A stretch of DNA of 37,853 bases from Chloroflexota bacterium. Its GTDB lineage: Bacteria > Chloroflexota > Anaerolineae > Anaerolineales > UBA11657. Numbering within the stretch: the stretch's first letter is position 1; each line of letters opens with the position of its first letter. The position numbers and the translations under genes were made by a program. Under the pieces are notes generated by a model. That model had not been told where the DNA came from and searched no databases. It worked only from the letters and a program-made list of their open reading frames with translations. Location of the stretch: NCBI GenBank assembly GCA_003670425.1, contig QWRL01000004.1, positions 1 through 37,853 of the forward strand, read 5' to 3'. Of the stretch, positions 16,309 to 26,314 are shown in pieces.

Positions 16309-19305
16309 ATGTCATCCAGCCTGACTTTTCAAGAAGTGGTGATGGCGCTGGACCGCTTCTGGGCGCAGCGCGGCTGCCTCATTTGGCAGCCGTACAACCA
16401 TCAGGTGGGTGCCGGCACAATGAACCCGGCCACGGCGCTGCGCGTGCTGGGCCCCGAGCCGTGGAACGTGGCGTATGTGGAGCCATCCATCCGGCCCGAT
16501 GACGGGCGCTATGGCGAGAATCCCAACCGGCTGCAGCAGCACTTTCAATATCAAGTGATCCTTAAGCCGGATCCCGGCAATCCGCAAGAGCTGTATCTGG
16601 AGTCATTGCAAGCGCTGGGGTTGAACCTGGCCGCGCATGATGTGCGCTTTGTGGAGGACAACTGGGAGTCGCCGGCGCTGGGAGCGTGGGGCCTGGGCTG
16701 GGAGGTGTGGCTGGACGGGCAGGAGATCACGCAGTTCACTTACTTTCAGCAGGCCGGCGGGCTGGTGCTTGATCCGGTTGCAGTTGAGATTACTTACGGC
16801 TTGGAGCGCATTCTGATTGCGCTGCAGCGCGTGCGTGGTTTTCGCGAGATACGCTGGAATGCCGCCCTGAGCTATGCGGATGTAAACCTGCAATCCGAAC
16901 AGGAGTACAGCAAGTACTACTTTGAAGTGGCGGATGTTGAGCGCATGCGCGCACAGTTTGATTCTTATGAAAGCGAAGCCAAGGCGGTGCTGGCAGCCGG
17001 GCTGGTACTGCCGGCCTATGACAATGTGCTGCGCTGCTCGCATGCGTTCAATGTGCTGGATACGCGCGGCGCGGTGGGCGTCACCGAGCGCGCGCAGTTT
17101 TTTAAGCGCATGCGCAACCTGACGCGGCAGGTAGCGGAAGCGTGGCGCGCGCAGCGCGCAGAGCTGGGCCACCCGTTGCTGGTGGATGGCTCCGAGCCGG
17201 CAGCCCGGCCGGCCGCGCAGCTGCCGCTCGCAAAAGCGCCGGCCACCTTTTTGCTTGAGATTGGCACGGAGGAGCTGCCCGCTGCAGATGTGGACAGCGC
17301 GATCGCGCAGCTGCAATTGCTGCTGCCGCAACTGTTGCTGGCGGAACGGCTGGCGCATGGTGCGATTGTTGTGAACGGAACGCCGCGCCGCCTGGCGGTG
17401 AGCATTGCTGGGTTGCCGGCGCTGCAGCCGGATGCGGAGACGGTGGCGCGCGGGCCGGCGGTGAGCAATGCGTTTGATGCTGCGGGGCAGCCCACGCCGG
17501 CGGCGCAGGGTTTTGCGCGCGGCAAGGGCGTGGCGGTGGGTGCGCTGCAGCGGCGCAGCATGGACGGCGGCGAGTACGTGGTGGCGCTGGTGCGCGCCAC
17601 AGGCCAGCCGCTGGCTGTGGTGCTGGCAGAACTGGCGCCGCGCATCCTTGCAGCGCTTGAGTTTAAGAAGAGCATGCGCTGGCGGCCGGGGCGCACTGCG
17701 CCGGCGTTTTCCCGGCCGGTGCGCTGGCTTGCGGCAATGATTGATGCGCAGGCGCTGCCCTTTGAGTGGGGCGGCTTGCAAGCGGGCAGCACTTCGCGTG
17801 CGCTGCGCTCTGATGCGGCGCCGGGCGGTGAAGTGATTGAGATTGGCGCGGCCGACAGTTACAGCCAGAGCATGCGGGCGCACGGAATTATTCTTGAACA
17901 TGAAGCGCGCGCCCGCACAATCATGGAGCAGGCGCAGCAGCTGGCTGCAAAGGTGGACGGCACGATTGCGGCGGATGCCGGGCTGCTGGCCGAGGTTGCC
18001 AATCTGGTGGAGTGCCCGACCGCATTTTTGGGTTCGTTCGAGGAAGCGTATCTGGAGCTGCCGCAAGAAGTGCTGGTGTCTGTGATGAAGAAACATCAGC
18101 GCTACTTTCCGGTTTGGCGGGCGGGCCGGTTGCTGCCGTTTTTTGTGGGTGTGCGCAACGGAGATGCCACAAACCTGGCGCAGGTGGTGGAGGGCAACGA
18201 GCATGTGATTCGGGCGCGCTTTGCGGATGCCAGTTATTTTGTGCGCGATGATTTGCGCCACGACCTTGCCGGCTTTCGCAGCCGGCTTGCGCGGCTCACG
18301 TTTCATGAGCAGCTGGGCTCGATGCTGGACAAGAGCGCGCGCGTGGAAACAATTGTTGAGCGGCTGGCGCCGCTGCTGCAGCTCGTTAGTGAGCTGCCGG
18401 TTGCGCTGCGGGCTGCCCATCTTTGCAAGGCAGACCTGGCCAGCCGCATGGTGGTGGAGATGACGGCGCTGCAGGGCGTGATGGGGCGCGCGTACGCGTT
18501 GCGCGCGGGCGAGCCGCCCGCGGTGGCGCAGGCGATTGAGCAGCACTACTGGCCGCAGGCAGCTGGTGACCCACTGCCCGAATCAGCTGCGGCTGCAGCT
18601 GTGGCACTTGCAGACCGGCTGGATACGCTGTGCGGATTGTTTGCGCTCGGCCTGGTGCCCACCGGTTCGGCGGACCCGTTTGGCTTGCGGCGCGCTGCGC
18701 TGGGCGTGGTGCAGATTCTGCTGGGGCGCACGCAGGCACTGGATCTGCGCAGCGCGCTGACGGTTTGCGCCGCATGCCAGCCGCTGGCGGTTGGCGCTGC
18801 GGCGCAGCAGGACGCGCTGGCTTTCATTGCCGGCCGGTTGCGCGGCGTGCTGCTGGAAGCGGGCCACCGCCATGATGTGGTGGAGGCCGTGCTGGCAGCA
18901 AAGGCGCATGATCCTTACGCTGCGCAACAAGCGGCGGCACAGCTTTCTGCATGGCTGGTGCGCGCCGAGTGGGCGCCACTGCTGGAGGCGTTTGCGCGTT
19001 GTGCACGCATGACGCGAGAACTGGACGGCACAACGCCGGTGCTGCCGGCTGCGCTGCAGCACGCAGCCGAGCAGGATCTGTGGCGCGGCTTGCAGGCTGC
19101 GGAGGCCGCGTGTGCGCAGCACAGCAGCGTGGACGGGCTGCTGCGCGCGTTGCAGCCGCTGGCGCCATTGGTGGTGAAGTTTTTTGAGGATGTGCTCGTG
19201 ATGGATGAAGATGCGGCGGTTCGCAGCAACCGGCTGGGATTGCTGCAGCGTGTGGCAGCATTGGGCACCGGCATTGCAGATCTATCAAAGCTGGAGGGTT
19301 TTTAG
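16309..19305 (+). CDS. glyQS: Glycyl-tRNA synthetase, fused alpha-beta chain
   Basis: Alpha motifs ([39 protein letters not shown]) followed in frame by beta motifs ([38 protein letters not shown]). Confidence 0.95.
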   Translation: MSSSLTFQEVVMALDRFWAQRGCLIWQPYNHQVGAGTMNPATALRVLGPEPWNVAYVEPSIRPDDGRYGENPNRLQQHFQYQVILKPDPGNPQELYLESLQALGLNLAAHDVRFVEDNWESPALGAWGLGWEVWLDGQEITQFTYFQQAGGLVLDPVAVEITYGLERILIALQRVRGFREIRWNAALSYADVNLQSEQEYSKYYFEVADVERMRAQFDSYESEAKAVLAAGLVLPAYDNVLRCSHAFNVLDTRGAVGVTERAQFFKRMRNLTRQVAEAWRAQRAELGHPLLVDGSEPAARPAAQLPLAKAPATFLLEIGTEELPAADVDSAIAQLQLLLPQLLLAERLAHGAIVVNGTPRRLAVSIAGLPALQPDAETVARGPAVSNAFDAAGQPTPAAQGFARGKGVAVGALQRRSMDGGEYVVALVRATGQPLAVVLAELAPRILAALEFKKSMRWRPGRTAPAFSRPVRWLAAMIDAQALPFEWGGLQAGSTSRALRSDAAPGGEVIEIGAADSYSQSMRAHGIILEHEARARTIMEQAQQLAAKVDGTIAADAGLLAEVANLVECPTAFLGSFEEAYLELPQEVLVSVMKKHQRYFPVWRAGRLLPFFVGVRNGDATNLAQVVEGNEHVIRARFADASYFVRDDLRHDLAGFRSRLARLTFHEQLGSMLDKSARVETIVERLAPLLQLVSELPVALRAAHLCKADLASRMVVEMTALQGVMGRAYALRAGEPPAVAQAIEQHYWPQAAGDPLPESAAAAAVALADRLDTLCGLFALGLVPTGSADPFGLRRAALGVVQILLGRTQALDLRSALTVCAACQPLAVGAAAQQDALAFIAGRLRGVLLEAGHRHDVVEAVLAAKAHDPYAAQQAAAQLSAWLVRAEWAPLLEAFARCARMTRELDGTTPVLPAALQHAAEQDLWRGLQAAEAACAQHSSVDGLLRALQPLAPLVVKFFEDVLVMDEDAAVRSNRLGLLQRVAALGTGIADLSKLEGF

Positions 19306-19410
19306 TGGCCGTTACTCCAGCGGCAAGCGGGCTTTGCAACCGGCCGGGCTGGGCCTTTGCATGCTGATTGAGTTCGGGTGCGCGGGCTGCGGCTGCGCTG
19401 CGCCAAACTA

Positions 19411-21321
19411 ATGTCAAATCTCAACGCCATCAGGGAGCGCATTGACATCGTCGAGCTGATTGGCGAGAGCGTTAAGCTGCGCCGCTCCGGGCGCGGCTAC
19501 AGCGGGTTTTGCCCATTCCACCCCAATGAGAAGACGCCGTCCTTTTATGTGTGGGCCGACACGCAGCGCTGGCGCTGCTTCGGCGCATGCAATACCGGCG
19601 GGGATGTCTTCGAGTTTGTTACGCGCCGCCAGGGCCTTTCTTTTTCTGAGGTGGTGCAGCAGCTTGCCAAGCGTGCGGGGGTGGAGCTGGCTCCGCCCAA
19701 CCCGCGCGCGGCCCAAGAGTCTGCAGTGCAAGACCGGCTGCGCACCGTATTGGCTGCCGCCGCCAACTTTTATCACAATGCGCTGCTGAACAGTGCGGCT
19801 GCGCGCAGCGTGCGCGAGTATTTGGAGGGGCGCGGCGTAACACCCGCCACCCAGCAGCGTTTTGTGCTGGGGTACGCGCCTGACAGCTGGGATGCCGGCC
19901 TGAAGTTTTTTCGCGAGAGCGGCTACGCAATCGAGGACCTTGCGGCAGCGGGTCTGGTCAACCAGACTGATGAAGGGCCGCCGCGCGACCGTTTTCGCAA
20001 CCGCCTCATGTTTCCCATTCGCGACCGCGACGGACGCACAGTTGGGTTTGGCGCACGGGCGCTGAACCCGGCGGACAACCCCAAGTACCTCAACTCGCCG
20101 CAGACGGAGCTGTTTACGAAAGGCGCATTGCTGTACGGTCTGGACTTTGCGCGCAAGGCTGTGCTGGAACAGCGCGAAGCAGTGCTGGTGGAAGGCTATA
20201 TGGATGTGATTGGCGCGCATCAGGCCGGATTTGTGAATGTGGTTTCGCCGATGGGAACGGCGCTCAGCGACCGCCAGCTGCAGTTGGTGCGCAGCGGCAA
20301 TCCGCGCATTGTGCTGGCGCTGGACGCAGACGCCGCCGGCGGGCAGGCCGTGCTGCGCAGCCTGAATGTGGCGCGCGAAGATGGCGACCGGGAGGAGACG
20401 CCGGCGTTTGATCCGCGCGGGCTGGTGCGCAACGAAGCGCGTTTGAAGCTGGATATCCGGGTTGCCGCGCTGCCGGCGGGCATGGACCCGGACGAGTTGA
20501 TTGCGAAAGACCCCGCTAACTGGCGCGCGATAGTTGCCAATGCGCAGCCGGTTGTCGATTTTGTGATGAGCACACTTGCCGCCGGACGCGACCTGAAGAG
20601 TGCCAAGGTAAAAGCCGAGTTGAGTGATGCACTGCTGCCCATCATCCAGGATGTGAGCCATCCAACAGAGCGTGGCGCCTATATCCAAAAACTGGCGCGC
20701 TTGCTGCAAGTAGATGAGCGCACTTTGGTGCAGGCTGCCAGCCCGCGCCAGCTGCGGCCGCGTCCGTCCACACCCGCCACAGCGCCAGCGGCTGAGTCTG
20801 CCACCAGCAGCCTGAACGCACTTGAGACCCACTGCCTGGCTGCACTGGTGAATGCGCCCGCGTTGCTGGCGCTTGTCAACCGCCAGCTGCGCGAGCTGGA
20901 GCTGCAACTGCCGGTGCTGGGGCGCAATGACTTTGCCGAGACGCAGTACAGTCTGGTCTTTGGGCAGTTGAGTGCCGCGCTGGAGCAGCTCGATCAAGAG
21001 CCACTGGATTATTTGAATGCACAGATTGAACCCGCACTTGCCGAAACATTGCAGGCCTTGCTGGAGCACGGCCGGAAAATGGCGTCACCCGAAGAGCGCG
21101 TGCAGCGCGACTTGGTGGATTCGGCGGTGCGCCTGCGCCAGCGCACCATCCGGCAGCGCCTGACGGAGCTGCAGTTTATTGCAGAGCAGGATGGCGCTGC
21201 GCCGGATGTTGGCGCACAGAACCCGGAACATGATGCGGGCGCGCTCACTGGCGGACTGCAGCGCATCCAAAGATATCTGGCGCCGGTTTCGCGGCGCGAC
21301 AAAATTTCCGGTGCGCTGTAG
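19411..21321 (+). CDS. dnaG: DNA primase
   Basis: CPFH..EKTPSF..CFGAC zinc finger, DRFRNRLMFPI, PKYLNSP, EGYMDV, DADAAG and DPDE motifs. Confidence 0.96.
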   Translation: MSNLNAIRERIDIVELIGESVKLRRSGRGYSGFCPFHPNEKTPSFYVWADTQRWRCFGACNTGGDVFEFVTRRQGLSFSEVVQQLAKRAGVELAPPNPRAAQESAVQDRLRTVLAAAANFYHNALLNSAAARSVREYLEGRGVTPATQQRFVLGYAPDSWDAGLKFFRESGYAIEDLAAAGLVNQTDEGPPRDRFRNRLMFPIRDRDGRTVGFGARALNPADNPKYLNSPQTELFTKGALLYGLDFARKAVLEQREAVLVEGYMDVIGAHQAGFVNVVSPMGTALSDRQLQLVRSGNPRIVLALDADAAGGQAVLRSLNVAREDGDREETPAFDPRGLVRNEARLKLDIRVAALPAGMDPDELIAKDPANWRAIVANAQPVVDFVMSTLAAGRDLKSAKVKAELSDALLPIIQDVSHPTERGAYIQKLARLLQVDERTLVQAASPRQLRPRPSTPATAPAAESATSSLNALETHCLAALVNAPALLALVNRQLRELELQLPVLGRNDFAETQYSLVFGQLSAALEQLDQEPLDYLNAQIEPALAETLQALLEHGRKMASPEERVQRDLVDSAVRLRQRTIRQRLTELQFIAEQDGAAPDVGAQNPEHDAGALTGGLQRIQRYLAPVSRRDKISGAL

Positions 21322-21336
21322 ACTTTGTTTCTGCAC

Positions 21337-22983
21337 ATGAAACCCAAAAAGTCCGCCCCGAAACCCAAGCCAAAGCGCCCGGCGCAGGCGGCTGCAATTG
21401 CGGCTGCCGGCGCGGCTCCAAGCGCAGCCACAGACGCAGCGGATGCGGCGCATTTGTGGCTGCGCCGCGCCAGCGCCGGGTTGGGCGCAGGCAACCTGAA
21501 TGCCGCGGCCGATGACTTGCTGGAGGCGGACGACGACATTGAAACTGATGATGAACCGGACGGCGCAGGCAGCGAGGCAGAAGAAGAAGCTGCCGTGCGC
21601 GAGGCCGCATTGGCTGCTGCCGACGACCCGGTGCGCATGTACCTGCGCGAGATCGGCCGCGGTGATTTGCTGACGGGCGAGCAAGAGTTGTGGCTCGCGC
21701 TGCAAGTGTCTGCGGAACACTGGTTCGCCAAGATCAAAGCGGAGGGAGTTGATGGGCGCGGGCCGGCAGCCAGCGACAAGGTGCTGCTGCTGCGGCTGTG
21801 GGCTTCCATTACTGCGCAGTGGAACGAGCTTGCAGCAGAACGCAAGCGCGCACAGGGGCCGCCATTAAGGATTGCGGATGTGCTGGCCGAGGCCACAAGC
21901 TTGCGCAGCGGGCCGCGCTTGCCCGAGCGTTCGATGGTGCGTGCGTGGCTGCACAACGGCCGCTGGGGATCGGACCCGGCTTGGGACGCAGTCGCTAAAA
22001 GTTTGCTGTATGTTTTGCGCGGGCTGTATTTGCTGCCGCTGAATGTGCGCGTGGAGCTGGCCAGCAAGCTCAAGCGCGCGAGCAAACTGCCGACGGCTGA
22101 GGTGCTGGCGGCAATGCTGCCCACACGCGGCGTTGTGCTTTGGGATACAGCTGAGGTGCAGCGCCGCTCTGAACAGGCCACAGACACGATGGTGCGCAGC
22201 AACCTGCGGCTGGTTGTCAGCGTGGCCAAGCGCTATTTCGCCAGCGGCATCTCGATGCTTGACCTGATTCAAGAGGGCAACATTGGCTTGATGAAAGGCG
22301 TGAAGAAGTATGATCCGGCCCGTGGCTTCCGGCTCAGCACTTATGCCACGTGGTGGATCCGGCAGTCCATCACGCGCTCCATTGCGGATCAAGCGCGCAC
22401 CATCCGCATCCCCGTGCACATGACCGAGGCCATCAACCGCATCAACCGCGCGCGCCGCGCCCTAACGCAGCAACTGGGCCGCGATCCGCGCAATGAAGAG
22501 CTGGCACTGGATATCGAGGAGTTCACGCCCGCCGAAAAAGACGCGGTGCGCGATGCGTGGGCGCACAAAGGCATCATGGAGCCGGGCTTGATGCACAAAC
22601 TGGATTTGGCTGCCCGCAAGATTTCCAAAACAATCCAGCTCACCGAAGAGACGTTGTCGCTTGACACGCCCACAGGCGATAAAGACGCCGGCGGCGAATT
22701 TGGGGATACTCTGGCCGATGAACGCGTGCCCACTGTAAACGACCAGGCAGTTGAAAGCAACATGCGCGATGCGATGCGCCAGAGCCTGGGCGCGCTGCTG
22801 GATAGCGAGCGCAAAGTGATAGACATGCGCTACGGCCTCACGGATGGCAAAGCCCGCACCCTTGAAGACGTTGGCGCCACACTGGGCCTTACCCGTGAGC
22901 GCGTGCGCCAAATTGAAGCCAAAGCACTGCGCAAGCTGCGCAACCCAAGCCGCAGCGGAGGGTTGCGCGAGCACCTCACATAA
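21337..22983 (+). CDS. rpoD: RpoD/SigA-like sigma-70 factor with a large non-conserved insertion
   Basis: DDPVRMYLREIG (region 1.2), NLRLVVSVAKRY, DLIQEGNIGL, STYATWWIRQ, ARTIRIPVHM, TRERVRQIEAKALRKLR (region 4.2); lies downstream of dnaG. Status as the primary sigma is not proven. Confidence 0.8.
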   Translation: MKPKKSAPKPKPKRPAQAAAIAAAGAAPSAATDAADAAHLWLRRASAGLGAGNLNAAADDLLEADDDIETDDEPDGAGSEAEEEAAVREAALAAADDPVRMYLREIGRGDLLTGEQELWLALQVSAEHWFAKIKAEGVDGRGPAASDKVLLLRLWASITAQWNELAAERKRAQGPPLRIADVLAEATSLRSGPRLPERSMVRAWLHNGRWGSDPAWDAVAKSLLYVLRGLYLLPLNVRVELASKLKRASKLPTAEVLAAMLPTRGVVLWDTAEVQRRSEQATDTMVRSNLRLVVSVAKRYFASGISMLDLIQEGNIGLMKGVKKYDPARGFRLSTYATWWIRQSITRSIADQARTIRIPVHMTEAINRINRARRALTQQLGRDPRNEELALDIEEFTPAEKDAVRDAWAHKGIMEPGLMHKLDLAARKISKTIQLTEETLSLDTPTGDKDAGGEFGDTLADERVPTVNDQAVESNMRDAMRQSLGALLDSERKVIDMRYGLTDGKARTLEDVGATLGLTRERVRQIEAKALRKLRNPSRSGGLREHLT

Positions 22984-23023
22984 GCTGGAAAGCGGGCAAT
23001 CCGCCCGCAATTGGCAGCAGATT

Positions 23024-23047
23024 TGTAGTTTGTGATAAACTACACAC
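23024..23047 (+). promoter_or_regulatory. Putative operator overlapping an extended -10 upstream of nuoA
   Basis: TTGTGATAAACTACACAC (TGTGA-N6-ACACA); inverted repeat TGTAGTTT-N5-AAACTACA; TG-A-TAAACT. Confidence 0.55.
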
Positions 23048-23094
23048 ACGTCCGCGCGCCCCAATCCCAAGCGTTTTTACCCCGGCTAAATCTC

Positions 23095-23466
23095 ATGCCA
23101 GTCCAGCAGCTTATCCAAGATTACTTGCCAGTTGGTATTTATTTTGCGGTTTCCGTTGGATTAGCGGGCCTGATTGCATTTTTGGGGCACATGCTTGGCC
23201 CGCGCCACGATACGCCGGAGAAACTCATGCCATACGAGTCCGGCATGACCCCGATTGGCGCGGCTGTGCGCCGGGTGCCGGTGCGCTATTACCTTGTGGC
23301 GGTGCTCTTCATTTTGTTTGATATTGAGGTGGTGTTCTTTCTGCCATGGGCGGTGGTGCTGCGCAAACTGGGCATGTTTGGGCTGCTTGAGATGCTGGTG
23401 TTTGTGGCGATATTGCTGGTGGGCTATGTGTACGTATGGAAGCGCGGTGCGCTGGAGTGGGAATAA
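23095..23466 (+). CDS. nuoA: NADH-quinone oxidoreductase subunit A
   Basis: PYESG, YYLVAVLFILFDIEVVFFLPWA and WKRGALEWE motifs. Confidence 0.93.
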   Translation: MPVQQLIQDYLPVGIYFAVSVGLAGLIAFLGHMLGPRHDTPEKLMPYESGMTPIGAAVRRVPVRYYLVAVLFILFDIEVVFFLPWAVVLRKLGMFGLLEMLVFVAILLVGYVYVWKRGALEWE

Positions 23467-23497
23467 AGTTTTTGCTGGAACCTGGAGCGTAATATAA

Positions 23498-23980
23498 ATG
23501 GGCGCTGAACAAAAGCTGGGCAACATGGGTGTGGTCACTACTTCACTGGAGACAGTGGTGAACTGGGGCCGCGCTGGCGCTATCTGGCCCATGTTATTCG
23601 GGCTGGCGTGTTGTGCAATGGAGATGATTGCGACGCAAGCCGGCACGTACGATGCCTCGCGCTTTGGCATGGAGCTGATGCGCGCCTCGCCGCGCCAGGC
23701 GGACTTGATGATTGTGGCCGGGCGCGTGACGCGCAAGATGGCACCGGTGCTGCGCCGGTTGTACGATCAAATGCCGGATCCCAAGTGGGTGATCAGCATG
23801 GGCGACTGCGCGTCCTGCAGCGGCGTGTTTAACAATTACGCATTGGTGCAGGGCGTGGACGAGGTGGTGCCTGTGGATGTTTACATTGCCGGCTGCCCGC
23901 CGCGGCCAGAGGCGCTGATTGACGGCTTCCTAAAACTGCACGAGAAAGTGCGCGGCGAGAAGCTGGCGCGCTGGGCTTAA
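23498..23980 (+). CDS. nuoB: NADH-quinone oxidoreductase subunit B
   Basis: [16 protein letters not shown] and GCPPRPE motifs. Confidence 0.96.
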   Translation: MGAEQKLGNMGVVTTSLETVVNWGRAGAIWPMLFGLACCAMEMIATQAGTYDASRFGMELMRASPRQADLMIVAGRVTRKMAPVLRRLYDQMPDPKWVISMGDCASCSGVFNNYALVQGVDEVVPVDVYIAGCPPRPEALIDGFLKLHEKVRGEKLARWA

Positions 23981-23995
23981 GTTCAGGGTTTAACT

Positions 23996-24517
23996 GTGAG
24001 CCATTTAGAACGGACTGTTAGCGCGCTGCAAGTGCGCTTTCCACATGGCGTGCTGGCTGCGGTTGAATTTCGCGGGGACCTTACGCTCCAGATTGACAGC
24101 GCCAGCCTGCTGGCAGTCTGCCAATACCTGCGCGATGAGCCGACACTCGCCTACAACGTGCTGGTTGACATTGGCGCTGTGGATTATTCGCCGCAGGAGC
24201 CGCGCTTCGCACTCTTCTATATTGTATGTGCGCTGGTGCACAACACGCGCTTGCGCTTGAAGGTATTGCTGCCCGGCACCGAGCCGGTTGCGCCAAGCAT
24301 TACCGGCATCTGGCCGTCGGCCAACTGGCCCGAGCGCGAGGCCTTTGACATGATGGGCATTGGCTTTGACGGCCACCCGGATTTGCGCCGCATCTTGATG
24401 CCGGCGGACTGGGAGGGGCACCCGCACCGCAAGGACTATCCGCTGGGCTACGAAGAAGTGCAGTTCACATTTAACAAGCGCGAAATTGACGCGCGCAAAA
24501 AATATGCGACCAGTTAG
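23996..24517 (+). CDS. nuoC: NADH-quinone oxidoreductase subunit C
   Basis: ANWPEREAFDMMGI, GHPDLRRILMP and GHPHRKDYP motifs. Confidence 0.94.
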   Translation: MSHLERTVSALQVRFPHGVLAAVEFRGDLTLQIDSASLLAVCQYLRDEPTLAYNVLVDIGAVDYSPQEPRFALFYIVCALVHNTRLRLKVLLPGTEPVAPSITGIWPSANWPEREAFDMMGIGFDGHPDLRRILMPADWEGHPHRKDYPLGYEEVQFTFNKREIDARKKYATS

Positions 24518-24535
24518 CCGCACGGCAGCAACCAA

Positions 24536-25771
24536 ATGAGCCAGGTTCGCGAACTTGAAACCACGGTGGAAGAGCTGAAGCATCTCTTCAGCCCGCGCGC
24601 AGCCACCGGCGAGACCATGCTGCTAAATCTTGGGCCGCAGCATCCCAGCACGCATGGCGTGCTGCGCCTGTTGCTGGAGCTGGACGGCGAAGAGGTGGTG
24701 TCTTGCATTCCGGATGTGGGCTTCCTGCACACCGGCATTGAGAAGAACATGGAGGCCAAGACCTTCCTAAAGGCGCTGGTGATGACGGACCGCATGGACT
24801 ACCTCAACAACATGGGCAACAACCTGACGTATTGCCTGGCGATTGAGAAGCTGTGCGCAATTGAAGTGCCGGAGCGCGCGCAGGTGCTGCGTGTAATCTG
24901 CGCGGAGTTGCAGCGCATTGCCTCGCATCTGGTTTGGCTGGGCACCTCCGCGATTGACCTGAATGCCAGCAGCATCCTCATCTACTGCTTCCGCGATCGC
25001 GAGCGCATCATGGACTTGTTTGAGTTGATCGGCGGACAGCGCATGATGACGTCCTATATTCGCCCGGGTGGCGTGTGGCGCGATGTGCCTGCCGAGTTTC
25101 CCGAAGCGGTCGAGTCGTTCCTGGACTACCTTCCCAAAAAGCTGGATGACTACGAGCGCCTGCTGGACAAGAATCCGATTTATCTGGCGCGCACAATTGA
25201 CATTGGAATTGTGGATGGCGATGAGGCGCTGGCGTGGGGCATGACGGGCCCGGCGCTGCGCGGCTCGGGGGTGAACTTTGATGTGCGCCGCGCAATGCCA
25301 TATTCCGGCTACGAAAACTTTGAGTTTGATGTGCCGCTGGAGACCGGCTGCGATGTTTACGCGCGCTATCGCGTGCGCATGCGCGAGTTTCGCGAATCGA
25401 TCAAGATCATCCGGCAAGGACTGCGCCTGCTCAAGCCCGGTCCCTTCATTACATCTGACCGCAAGTTTGCGCCGCCGCCGCGCGCCGAGCTGGGCCGCAG
25501 TATGGAAGCGGTGATTCATCATTTCAAATACTGGACGGATGGCTTTCCTGCGCCGGACGGCGAAGTTTATGTGGCCACCGAGTCGCCGCGTGGCGAGCTG
25601 GGCTGCCTGCTGGCGGGCGATGGCGGACCGAATCCGCGCCGCGTGCATTTCCGCACGCCTTCGTTCAATACGCTGCAGGTGCTTTCTTGGCTGGGCAAAG
25701 GTTACTTGGTAGCTGACCTTGTTGCAATTATTGGCTCGATTGATATTGTGCTGGGCGATGTTGACCGCTAA
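24536..25771 (+). CDS. nuoD: NADH-quinone oxidoreductase subunit D
   Basis: GPQHPSTHGVLR, DRMDY, ESPRGE and DIVLGDVDR motifs. Confidence 0.96.
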   Translation: MSQVRELETTVEELKHLFSPRAATGETMLLNLGPQHPSTHGVLRLLLELDGEEVVSCIPDVGFLHTGIEKNMEAKTFLKALVMTDRMDYLNNMGNNLTYCLAIEKLCAIEVPERAQVLRVICAELQRIASHLVWLGTSAIDLNASSILIYCFRDRERIMDLFELIGGQRMMTSYIRPGGVWRDVPAEFPEAVESFLDYLPKKLDDYERLLDKNPIYLARTIDIGIVDGDEALAWGMTGPALRGSGVNFDVRRAMPYSGYENFEFDVPLETGCDVYARYRVRMREFRESIKIIRQGLRLLKPGPFITSDRKFAPPPRAELGRSMEAVIHHFKYWTDGFPAPDGEVYVATESPRGELGCLLAGDGGPNPRRVHFRTPSFNTLQVLSWLGKGYLVADLVAIIGSIDIVLGDVDR

Positions 25772-25805
25772 CAGCGCCACTTGAATTGAAAAGCGTATAG
25801 CGAAT

Positions 25806-26300
25806 ATGATGAGCCTGCAGCAAAAATACCCGGACGAAGTGGCGGCGATCCTGGCGCGCTACCCCGCTGACAACAAGCGCTCGGCGGTAATGCCGCTGCT
25901 GTACCTGGCGCAGCGCGCAGAAAATTATGTGCCGGCGGCTGCGCTGGATGAAGTGGCCGCGTTGTGCGAAATTGCGCCGACGCAGGTGGCCTCGATTGTG
26001 GGTTTTTACACGCTGTATTACGACAAGCCGGGCGGCCGGCACCGCATTCAAGTTTGCACAGACTTGCCGTGTGCCTTGCGCGGAGCTGACGATTTCGCTG
26101 CCAAACTGTGCGCGCATTTGGGCGTGGAGATGGGCGCCACCACCGCAGATGGCAAGGTGACAGTGGAGGCAGTGATGTGCCTCGCTGCCTGTGACCGCGC
26201 GCCAATGTTTCAGGTGCAGAACGGCGCTGGGCTTACGTTTCACGAAAACCAAACGCTGGAGAGCGTGAAGGCCCTAGTGGCCAAATTACAAGCGGAATAG
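25806..26300 (+). CDS. nuoE: NADH-quinone oxidoreductase subunit E
   Basis: CTDLPC...CLAAC 2Fe-2S ligands and FYTLY. Confidence 0.93.
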   Translation: MMSLQQKYPDEVAAILARYPADNKRSAVMPLLYLAQRAENYVPAAALDEVAALCEIAPTQVASIVGFYTLYYDKPGGRHRIQVCTDLPCALRGADDFAAKLCAHLGVEMGATTADGKVTVEAVMCLAACDRAPMFQVQNGAGLTFHENQTLESVKALVAKLQAE

Positions 26301-26314
26301 AAGGAGCATATACA

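Noticed and set aside
16603-18546. Long antisense ORFs (647 aa here; also 4754-6220, 9886-11271, 12069-13430, 19414-21069 and others)
   Set aside because: Shadow frames of GC-rich, codon-biased genes; no recognisable motifs and they fully overlap confident genes.
22992-23008. GCGGGC-AATCC-GCCCGC hairpin after the sigma gene as a terminator
   Set aside because: Only 6 bp and no U-tract; too weak to call.
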